Shown here one piece after another: positions 23,871 through 33,399 of a DNA stretch of 64,000 bases. The stretch is from Scyliorhinus canicula. Lineage: Eukaryota. The notes beneath the pieces are model-generated. The model saw only the letters and a program-made list of their open reading frames with translations. It was not told where the DNA came from and made no database searches. Within the stretch, counting starts at the first letter, position 1. Every line of letters begins with the position of its first letter. The stretch covers positions 51,435,810 through 51,499,809 of the forward strand of contig NC_052152.1 in assembly GCF_902713615.1 (NCBI RefSeq), in the 5' to 3' direction. The translations under genes were made by a program, and so were the position numbers.

Positions 23871-24489
23871 GTGACATTATCAGTGCTTGGAAGATGTCAC
23901 ACCCCACAGTTTGACTGTTTTGAGTAGCTGACTGAGTTTTTTTCACCACTTTCAATTCAGCACACCCAAACCCACATTGCAAAAATAGCTGCAAACTGAC
24001 ACTCTTAGAGATGATCATATAATATTTTCACTTTATGCCAAAGAACTGTACATATATTTAAAGATAACACCAAACCCTAATGCAGGTTTGCGTTTCCAGT
24101 CTTTATGACCAGTAATAGGTTTATTGTGGCCAATCAATAATAAGCTAATTCTCCATGTAATGTGAAAAACTGACACTCCACCTTCCCCTAAGAGAATCCG
24201 CTCCTCCCGTCCTCAGACATCCTACAGTAGTTGCACTGGCTTGAAATGGACAGTATATCCATGTCTCCTCGCTCAAATTATTCATTCCCACCTCTTCATC
24301 CATTACATTTATCGAGATCCAACTGTAATGTAATCAAGGATTCTTTGACAGCACCTCCCAACACTGTGGCCACTACCACCTAGAATGACAAGGGCAGTCG
24401 ATGCTTTGGAACATCACATCTCCCCTCCAAGCCACACACCAGATTACTTCACTGTCGCTGGGTCAAAGTCCTGGAATTCCCTCCCTCGC

Positions 24490-25020
24490 ACAGTGGTTAA
24501 TACTGTTGCTTCAGAGCATCAGGGACCCGGGTTTGATTCACGGCTTGGGTCACTGTCTGTGTGGAGTCTGCACGTTGTCTGCTTGGGTTTCCTCCGGGTG
24601 CTCTGGTTTCCTTCCACAAGCCCCAAAAGACGTGCTTGTTAGGTGAATTGGACATTCTGAATTCTCCCTCAGTGTACCCCAGCAGGTACCGTAATGTGGT
24701 AAATAGGGGTTTTTCACAGTAACTTCATTGCAGTGCAATGTACGCCTACTTGTGACACTAATAAAGATTATTATTATAACAGCACTGTGGGGGCAGCACG
24801 GTGGTGCAGTGGTTAGCACTGGGACTACAGCGCTGAGGACCTGGGTCGAATCTCGGCCCTGGGTCACTGTCCGTGTGGAGTTTGCACATTCTCCCCGTGC
24901 CTGCGTGGGTTTCACCCCCACAACCCAAAGATGTGCTGGTTAGGTGGATTGGCCACACTAAATTGCCCTTTAAATTGAAAAAAATAATTGGGTACTCTAA
25001 ATTTATATTTTAAAAAAACA
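24490..25020 (+). mobile_element. Two tandem V-SINE variants
   Basis: 24490-24780 ends in the TTTTCACAGTAACTTCATTGCAGTG..(ATT)n tail; 24788-25020 has the shortened V-domain. Confidence 0.8.
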
Positions 25021-25157
25021 GCACTGTGGGTGTACCTACACTACGTGAACTGGAGTGGTTCAAGAAAGTGACTCACCACCACCTTTTCGAGGGCGATAAA
25101 GGATGGGCAATAAAAGGGTTTTTAAAAATTACCATCTCCTAAAAATGGTTAGTATTA

Positions 25158-25235
25158 TTTTTGGTTCAAATCAACGGACAGATGACAACCATCTGTGTTT
25201 CTGACCGACAGTTAAAAGTTTAACCACAATAGTGG
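25158..25235 (+). repeat. Left arm of a ~78-bp inverted repeat pair (partner 27186-27263)
   Basis: About 6 mismatches in ~77 bp versus the reverse complement of the partner, counted by eye. Confidence 0.9.
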
Positions 25236-25464
25236 TTCAAAAAGAAAACGTCAATTTTTTTTACCTTCTTTGAAGTTGTCAGCATAATTAATCAGAGGAT
25301 TTGAAAGTTAGAACTGGAGACTGTCAGGACCAAACTGCTTGAAGGACAGAACTGGAATCACTCAAATGCTACATGCTTTCATTCTTTCTTTGGTGCAAAC
25401 ATAAAGCTTACAATTGGAAAAAGCTGATCGTTTCTGGGCATCATGTTTAAAGGAGTGCTGAGAG

Positions 25465-26165
25465 ACATAGAAACATAGAACATTTTGCACACTCTCCCCT
25501 TGTTTGCATCGGTTTCACCCCCACAACCCAAAGGTGTGCAGGGTAGGTGAATTGGACACGTTTTATTTGCCCCTTAATTGGAAAAAAAAGAATTGGGTAC
25601 TTTAAATTTAAAAAAAATATAGAATGTAGGAGAAGGTTGAGGCAATTCAGCCCTTCGTCCTTGCTCTACCATTCATTCATGGCTGATCGTCAAACTCAAT
25701 AGCCTAATCCCACTTTTCCCCCATATCTTTTGATCCCCTTTGTCTCAAGTGCCATATCTAACTGTTTCTTGAAAACATGCAATGTTTTGGCCTCAACTAC
25801 TTCCTGTGGCAATGAATTCCACAGGCCGATCACTCTGTGTAAAGATATTTCTCCTCATCTCTTTCCTAAATAGTCTACCTCACATCCTCAGACTATGGCC
25901 CCTGGTTTTGGACACACCCACCATCGGGAACATCCTTCCTGCATCTACCCTGTCTGCTCCTGTTAGAATTTTATAGTTTTCTATAAACCCCCTCATTCCC
26001 CCTCATTCTTTGGAACTCCAGCGAATACAAACCTAACCGACTCAATCTCTCCTCATACGTCAGTCCCGCCATCCCAGGAATTAGCCTGATAAACCTTTGT
26101 TGCACTCCCTCTAGTAGAACATCCTTCCACAGATAAGGAGGCCAAAACTGCACACAATATTCCAC
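25465..26165 (-). mobile_element. CR1-like LINE 3' fragment with an internal SINE piece (~25487-25618)
   Basis: CVQFWPPYLWKDV.LLEGVQQRFIRLIPGMAGLTYEERLSRLGLYSLEF; CATAGAAACATAGAA tail. Confidence 0.9.
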
Positions 26166-26865
26166 ACAATATTTCATGTTTTCTCCCAACTTAGTTATTT
26201 ACAACAATTTCACTGTGAAAGTATAGCTTTTTACATTGAGATTTTCATGCACGTGATTTGGAGTATTCCTGATTGATGTTTCATATGAGTAGTTTCAGTC
26301 CACCTTTTTGAGATCACCTGGGTGTTTCTTCTTTGTGAGAGCAGCAACTAACTTATTTCAGAACGCAGATTGCCTCAGTTACAGAATTGCCTGACTTTGG
26401 AAATGGCAGGGAGATGCATTTGACTTGATTTTTAAAAATGTTACTTGGTGTTAAATTTTAATTGATAACATTGCTGGGAAGTGCATTGAGATACTTTTAG
26501 TCTGTTAACAGTGTATAAATTTTGCTGCAAATATATCTCATGCCTTAGTTACCTTATGTAATTTCTAAATCACCCCTGCTGCTGTCTGTTCGTCAATGCT
26601 GGATAGAACTGCACATTGTCATGACAAGCCACATCCTATTTCACTCAGCCTCACATATTGTGGACCACCTTGGAACTACCAGCTCTTCTGAAGCAGTTGT
26701 CAGCTTTTGTTAGATCCCTAACCTGGCAAAAATGCTAAACGCAGCATAAAAACGTCAAATTAAAAATTACTAAATTCAAATGTACACTTTGGAAACATAA
26801 GCTGATGCTGGGCAGCCTCCAACAGGAAATTTTACAACCCACTAACATTAACGCATTCTACAGCA

Positions 26866-27082
26866 TTAAAAAGGACAGACATTCTGGAAATAGTTATCAG
26901 GTCTGGCAGCATTTGTGGAAAGGGAAATAGTTAACATTTCAGGTTGATGACAGTGTTCTGATGAAAGGTCATTGACATGAAATGTTAACTCTGTTTCTCT
27001 CTCCATAGATGCTGCCTGACCTGCTGAGTACTTCCAGCATCTGTTTTTATTTCAGATTTCCAGCATCTGCAATATTTTGCTT
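26866..27082. repeat. Penelope-type fold-back (hairpin) element
   Basis: CAGGTCTGGCAGCATTTGTGG..GTTAACATTTCA paired with TGAAATGTTAACTCTGTTTCTCTCTCCATAGATGCTGCCTGACCTGCTGAG; short spacer. Confidence 0.75.
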
Positions 27083-27185
27083 CTGTAGTAGCGCAGTCTG
27101 TAGTCTTTGGAATTACAATGTTCACATCTGCCTTGATGTGCACTCAAAAAAAGGGGGGTATGAGGGCGGATCTAAAAAAAAAAAC

Positions 27186-27263
27186 CCACTACTGTGGTTA
27201 AACTTTTAACTGTCGGTCAGAAACACAGGTGGTGGTCATCTGTCCATTGATTTAAACAAAAAA
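27186..27263 (-). repeat. Right arm of the ~78-bp inverted repeat pair (partner 25158-25235)
   Basis: TGTGGTTAAACTTTTAACTGTCGGTCAGAAACACAG is the exact reverse complement of the left-arm core. Confidence 0.9.
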
Positions 27264-27317
27264 AAACTTTCATCAATCAAATTACACTCTCATTGCCTAA
27301 TCTTTCTTCAACTAGGG

Positions 27318-27495
27318 TAAGACTTCTTACAACAGCAGGTTAAAGTCCAACAGTATTGTTTTGAATCACTAGCTTTCAGAGTACAGCTCCTTCCTCACCT
27401 GAGGAAGCTAGTGCTTCAAAACAAACCTGTTGGACATTAACCTGGTGTTGTAAGACTTCTTACTGTGCTCACCCCAGTCCAACGCCGGCATCTCC
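27318..27495. repeat. Palindromic Penelope-like remnant (second family)
   Basis: TTACAACAGCAGGTTAAAGTCCAACAG pairs with CTGTTGGACATTAACCTGGTGTTGTAA. Confidence 0.65.
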
Positions 27496-27915
27496 ACACC
27501 ATTTCATCAACCAGTAACGAATTCACTGCACTCCAAGATTACTTTGCAATAGTTCAGCTTACGTACAGATACAATACACCAGCTTCTCAAGCACTTCAAG
27601 CAGCTTTGCAATGACAGTTTTCAATCCTGCTGGTAGCAGATCAGTATATTTCTATGTTTTAAGTCTGTTATCACACTGTTGCTTTTGAACATGTTGTCTT
27701 AAAGGTGCCACGGGTTAAATATAAGATTGGGAAATAAAGGCATATTCTTACTAATTAAGCTTTAATGAGCAGGGATAGAAAAAGACACAACACTTTAAAA
27801 TGATCGACTTGTGAAGGAATGAATTTAATTGGCAGTAGTCTGTGTGGAACACTTGGAAATCATTGCACTTTCTGTGATGGCCATTTTGAAATATTTTGCA
27901 ATGTTCTTTCAGATA

Positions 27916-28272
27916 GGGCAGCACGGTAGCATGGTGGTTAGCATAAATGCTTCACAGCTCCAGGGTCTCAGGTTCGATTCCCGGCTGGGTCACTGTCTGT
28001 GCGGAGTCTGCACGTCCTCCCCGTGTGTGCGTGGGTTTCCTCCGGGTGCTCCGGTTTCCTCCCACAGTCCAAAGATGTGCGGGTTAGGTGGATTGGCCTT
28101 GCTAAATTGCCCGTAGTGTCCTAAAAAGTAAGGTTAAGGGGGGGGGGGGGGGGGGAGGCTGTTGGGTTACGGGTATAGGGTGGATACGTGGGTTTGAGTA
28201 GGGTGATCATTGCTCGGCACAACATTGAGGGCTGAAGGGCCTGTTCTGTGCTGTACTGTTCTACTGTTCTAC
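27916..28272 (+). mobile_element. Full-length HE1-like V-SINE
   Basis: Near-identical to 6164-6499 and 11779-12112; internal G-run expanded. Confidence 0.92.
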
Positions 28273-29356
28273 TAAAGTATACTTTTGCAAAAAAAAATCA
28301 CAGTGGCCGATCTGGTTCACTTTCCTGCCTGCCACCACTCACCCTCGAACTTAATCCCTTTGTCGATCAAAAATCAAACTCAGCCTTGGATAAATTCAAT
28401 GAGCCAGCATCAGCTGCTTTCTGGGAAAGAGAATTCCACAGGCCAATGACCCTCTCCTCAATCTCCTTCTTAACAGGGAGAAGATATTGCAGAATGTAAG
28501 CGGCAAGTTGCAAATGTGTCCATAGCTGTTACATTGAGAAGTGTGGCAACGGGGTGAATGGCAAATGGTTGTTACTGCGAATCACTATAAATCATCTAGC
28601 ACAGGAGGAGACCATTCGGCCCATTGCTGATTGTCTCGCCTCCCTGTGCATTCTCCCTTTTCAGTGAGCGCTGTGGCGGTTCTGAGGGATTAACCACCCG
28701 ATGGAAATCTCTTTATATGTGAAAGTAAGTTGCTTTGTCTGTTTTGTACTGTTTAAACACTATCTTCTCTGGTTTCCGGCGACTTTATCTCTTGTCGAAC
28801 CCTGAAGCCGGAATAAATCAAGTTATTTCAATCATGACACAATGACATTTAACGACATGTTTTACCGAGTCTGCCCCAGAAAGCACTTCCACTGTGGAGA
28901 GTGTTAGAAATCAGCTCTTACATAAGAACAACGGTTTGTAACTCGCTCTGACGTGCTTTCCATTTTATACTTTTAATTTCAGAGTTACTAAAAGCGAATC
29001 TGTCTTGTGGGCAAATTAAAACGCATGGAGATCAATATTGGGAGCACAGAGTTAGTGTCTGTAAAGTGAGATTAAAAAGTCAATGATCCCAGCTGCTGTT
29101 CCCAGTTGCATTGGTTAATGTTGCTGATTTCAATTCCCTGTCACAATTTTTAAATGAGTACAATAAAACACAAAGTGTATTTTAAGGCACGCTTTTATTG
29201 CGACCCACTATTTCTCCAGTCATTTTGTCTTCTGTAATTCCATCCCGACTGTGTCGTGTTTTTACACGGGGTCTTATAACGTTATTATTTCTACCTCCAC
29301 TTACTGTGACCGGCAGCAATGCGCTGTGGAGATTATTCCCTCTGTGAATAACGTAC

Positions 29357-29656
29357 CTCTGCTTTGTCTGAAACTTATTCTCACTGGCTCACTGTGTGTG
29401 ATGTGCTGAACCTCACAAATGACGGCGGTTCCCTGGTCCCAGTGAGTGTCTGTAATCTGCAGCCGGGAGCTCAGGTTGTAGGTGTTGTCCCTGTTTACTG
29501 TCAGCGAGCCTGGTTCAGTTTGATAGGAGACATTTCCCTCTACAATCCAGGAAATGTTCAGGTCACTGGGGAAAAATCCCGCTGCCAAACAAGTCAGAGC
29601 CCGAATCCCAATAACTTCACTGTCGGGATCCGCAGAGAGAGAGACTTCAGGTTTAG
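29357..29656 (-). CDS. Ig-superfamily receptor, exon 3 (C1-set domain)
   Basis: atttag|CT AAA...AGA G|gtacgt; 300 nt, phase 1-1; LTCLAAGFFPSDLNISW, NRDNTYNLSSRL, WDQGTAVICEVQH are C1-set hallmarks. Confidence 0.95.
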
Positions 29657-30574
29657 CTAAATAAACAATAAAAACACACCTTCTATCAATATTCATTGTA
29701 GCAAATAAATAGCGAACAACTGTAGCAAAAATTTAAACTTGCACAAATCTAAGCTAAATGGGAAACTGCAGAATCAATTTGATTAGTGTTTTTAAAAAAA
29801 AATCAATATTGAAATTACAAAACAGAGAAGAAAAACGGAACGCGCATGAAATAAGATCCAGAATAATATAAATAATATCCAGTGACCTTACAATAAGTGT
29901 CATTGCGGCACAAATTGGGTCTGTGTTTGTTAGAGCTGGTAAACAAGTAAATATAATTGTTTTCCAAAGACCAGTTTCGCTCTTTGCAATTCGCTTTTTT
30001 TATATAATCATATTCCGCTGTTAGGATTGCTGTCAGTATTACACAGCTTAGACTTGTGTCTGTTCTTCTTCAAACGAGGTTTTGAGAAGGATATGAAAGT
30101 CCCTGTTGTTTAATTGTTATTGGGACATTAAAGCTAAACCCGGGCACACTCACTCCGGGCCCAGTGTACAGAGGATGTCACATCAGGTCAGATTAGTGTC
30201 TGTTTATTTCCCACACATTGAGCTATTTCAATGTCCCTTCATCTCATCAGAGAATCATAGAATGTTCACAGCCCAGGAGGAGGCCATTTGGCCCATCCTG
30301 CTCCTGCTGTCTGAAAGAACAATTCAGCCAATCCCACTCCAGCCCTTTTTCAGTGGCCCTGAAAAGGTTTCTTTTCAAAAAATTGTCAAATTCTCTTTGG
30401 AAAATCACCACTGAATCTTTCTCCAGCACGTTCTCTGGCAGTACACTCCAGATCCTGACCACATGGGAGGTAAAACAACAAGACCCGCAATGGCCTCTTC
30501 TTTCATCTTAAAATCCTGGAGTTCTGGACCCTTCCTCCAGATTTCACCCTATCCCCCTCTGTCCAGACCCAGAG

Positions 30575-30810
30575 TCAAAAGAAAAAATAGGACGGATGTT
30601 GGAAATCTGAAATTAAAACAGAAAAGGCAGGAAAAACCCAGAGTCTGGCAGTATCTGTGGAGACACGGGGTTAACATGTCAGATAGATGACCTTGTTAAC
30701 CTGTGAAACGATTAAATCTCTATCTTCTTCCAGCTCTGACCAAAAGTCGACTATAACTCTGTTTCTCCCTCCACAGAGACTGTCAGACCTGCTGAGTACT
30801 TTGTGTTATT
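30575..30810. repeat. Penelope-type fold-back element in intron 2
   Basis: GTCTGGCAGTATCTGTGGAGA pairs with CTCCACAGAGACTGTCAGAC; same family as 26866-27082. Confidence 0.7.
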
Positions 30811-30819
30811 TCTAATTAC

Positions 30820-31155
30820 CTTGAACGTTCAGCTTTGTTCCTTCCCCCATGATGGTTTTCCGGGACAGAATCTCCAATCTCAGGCAGTGGTAAGTGTCCG
30901 AATCGTTCACAATCAGCTCCCGAATGACGAGTGAATCTCCAGTCCCAGATAGGGACAGGCGAGAGCTTTTCCGGAGGTAATGCCTGGATCCATTGCCTCT
31001 GCTGTCAGGATTGTCTCTTGTCCTCCACCAATAATATTTCACCAAACCCACCCTCTCCTCTCCGGGTGTCAGGCTGCAGTTAATTCGAGCTGTCTGTCCT
31101 GTCAGGAGGGACAGAACTGGAGGAGACTGAATCACTTTCAGACCCACAACAGGCC
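30820..31155 (-). CDS. Ig-superfamily receptor, exon 2 (V-set domain with J-like G strand)
   Basis: ttccag|GG CCT...CAA G|gtaatt; 336 nt, phase 1-1; VIQSP, ARINC, YYWWR, DSDTYHC, GEGTKLNV. Confidence 0.95.
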
Positions 31156-31251
31156 CTGGAATAAAAACAATATAACAAATAGGAACGGAAAACCCAAATA
31201 ATCTGAGCACAACTGGAATTACTGATAACCGGAGTTCAAGTGAATCCTTAC

Positions 31252-31291
31252 CTAGGACAAAGAGGCAGAATTTGAGAATAACTGCTCCCAT
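31252..31291 (-). CDS. Ig-superfamily receptor, exon 1 (leader peptide)
   Basis: AAAATGG Kozak context; MGAVILKFCLFVL-G|gtaagg; 40 nt, phase 1; 96-bp intron to the V exon. Confidence 0.88.
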
Positions 31292-31387
31292 TTTGCCGAA
31301 CACCCGGTGACCGGTAGTTTAGAGCTGTTGGTTAGTCTGAAGAAAATAAAGATCACGAAGATTATTGCGGTGGTAGCAGTCTGTGCG

Positions 31388-31397
31388 TCACATCACC
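31388..31397 (-). promoter_or_regulatory. CRE/decamer-like promoter motif
   Basis: GGTGATGTGA(CGCA) about 100 bp upstream of the ATG; 8/10 match to the TCR V-beta decamer AGTGATGTCA. Confidence 0.35.
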
Positions 31398-32330
31398 CTG
31401 ACTGCTGCTTTCAGACCGAATGGGAAAGTTTAACAAAATGTACATGCCAGTCCCTTCATCTATTCTGTACATTAAAAATTGTATTTCCCCCTTAGTGCAA
31501 AATATTGTGTACCATAGATTTACAATATTATGATCCTGTATCGTTTGATTTTAAATTGTGGTACAATCGCCCCAGCCTAATCTCAACAATTTTCATTCAA
31601 CATTCAAAATAAATAAACCTGTAAACCACATGATGGAATAGTTCAGAATTCGGATAATTCTGCGACAATAATTCAGTTAATTTACGAGGCCACCTGAACA
31701 GGGTGATTTGTTACTGACCAATGTTTACCAAGTCCAAGACCTGTAAATTAAAATTCCATTTGTATAACTCACAATTGCCCTCAAAAAGCATTTTTAATTC
31801 AGTCATGTGACAATGATAGATTTAATATATAGATATATTTGGTAATATGGTGGTATTCTGTCAATAAAGCTATGTGTGTTTGTCCATGACTCATTAAACT
31901 GGGGGAAGGTTAATAAAGACAGCTTGCACGTGAGAGCCAAGCGATAAAAGTGTTAGGTGCATGTACTTATAAGAGTGGTTATGGTGAGGTTGGATTTACA
32001 AGTAGATATGTTAGGTTTAAAATTTATATTATGAAATGAGTAGGGATCTAACTTTTCAAGTGTTGAATTTCAAACAGAAGTTCTAAAGTGGTAAGAAACT
32101 TTACAACTCATAAACGTTTCATAAATAAACTGGAACGGTTATCAAATGTTATTGACCCAAAACAGAGACAATATGAAAACATTACCAATTCTTATTTTTG
32201 GAAAAGTTGAATTCAAAAGGTGCTTGATGACAATGGAATCTGAGATGGGGGGGGAGGATACTTAAGGAAGTATGTTTAGTTGAGTTCAGCTGGTTGTGTA
32301 TGTGGGGGGAGGGGTGTCGTCCTGAGACCT

Positions 32331-33062
32331 GGGGCGGAATTCTCCGACCCCCTGGGGGGTCGAAGAATCACCCGGGGCCGGCGTCAATCCCGCCCTGCTG
32401 TGTCCCGAATTCTCCGTCCCCCCGAGATTCGGCAGGGGCGGGAATTGTGCCGTGCCAGTCGTCGGGCCCTCTACACCGGTCAGCGGGCCCCCCACGGGGA
32501 TTCTCCGGCCCGCAATGGGCCAAAGTCCCGCCACTGACAGGCCTCTCCCGCCGGCGTGGTTTAAACCACCTACCTGACCGGCGGGATTGGCCAGGACTCT
32601 GGGGTCCTGAGGGCGCTGGGCGATCTGACCCCGGGGGGGTGCGCCCACGGTGGCCTGGCCCGCGATCAGGTCCCACCGATCGGCGGGCGGGCCTGTGCTG
32701 TGGGGACACTCTTTTTCTTCCGCCTCCGCATGGCCTTCGCCATGGCGGAGGTGGAAGAGACCCCCTCCCCTGCGCATGCACTGGTATGACAGTCAGCAGC
32801 CGCTGACGCTCCGGCGCATGCGCAGACTTACGCCGACTGGCAAAGTCCTTTCAACCCCGGCTGGCGTGGCGCCAAAGGCCATTCACACCAGCCGGCGGAG
32901 TGGGAACCACTCCGGCGCGGGCCTAGCCCCTCAATGTGAGGACTTGGCCCCTAAAGGTGCGGAGAATTCCGCACATTTGGGGCGGCCCGACGCCGGAGTG
33001 GTTCACGCCACTCCGACACACCGGGACCCCCCGCCCCATCGGGTAGGGGAGAATCCCGGCCC
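32331..33062. mobile_element. GC-rich MITE with 15-bp TIRs
   Basis: GGGGCGGAATTCTCC ... GGAGAATCCCGGCCC; CpG-rich, so probably young; same TIR class as 16224-16962. Confidence 0.9.
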
Positions 33063-33399
33063 AGATTCGTGCCGGGAGAAAGTGTGAAAGTTGTGAATTT
33101 AAATCAGCCATCCAGTCAAATCAGAGTCTTGTGGGATGGTTTAATTAAAGTGACGGCAGTTATTTGCTTTGAGTGATGTTACTGGATTTTCATAATTAAA
33201 AATCTATAAGGCAGTCATTGCCAAGAAGGCGGTGCACTTGTGATTTTTGATCAAATGGATTTTTTGGGTGGTTGTTCTCTAAGACTGTTTTACCTGTGTA
33301 ACTTTAATCTCATGTGCTTAAGTTTTTTTTCTTGTTACTAAATCATTTAATTTTCTAAATCCGAAGGGCACTTTTGGGGATTTGCACCCATGGTGAATG

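Noticed and set aside
27916-27990. tRNA genes at SINE heads
   Set aside because: A/B-box-like heads continue into SINE bodies; no complete cloverleaf.
28299-28305. CACAGTG heptamer as an RSS
   Set aside because: No ACAAAAACC-like nonamer at 12 or 23 bp; other heptamers lie inside SINEs.
19653-31291. Rearranging TCR/Ig locus or NKp30 ortholog
   Set aside because: No heptamer-spacer-nonamer RSS near V and no separate D/J segments were seen. The ITIM tail, uncharged TM and C1 domain do not fit TCR, Ig or NKp30.
30812-31303. 163-aa ORF as a single-exon protein
   Set aside because: It reads through a 96-bp in-frame intron with strong GTAAGG and TTCCAG sites; the spliced leader plus V model is more plausible.
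32280-33111. Overlapping 130-170-aa Pro/Arg/Gly-rich ORFs
   Set aside because: They arise from a GC-rich, stop-poor MITE; no domain motifs. The same applies to 16036-16836 and 55795-56286.
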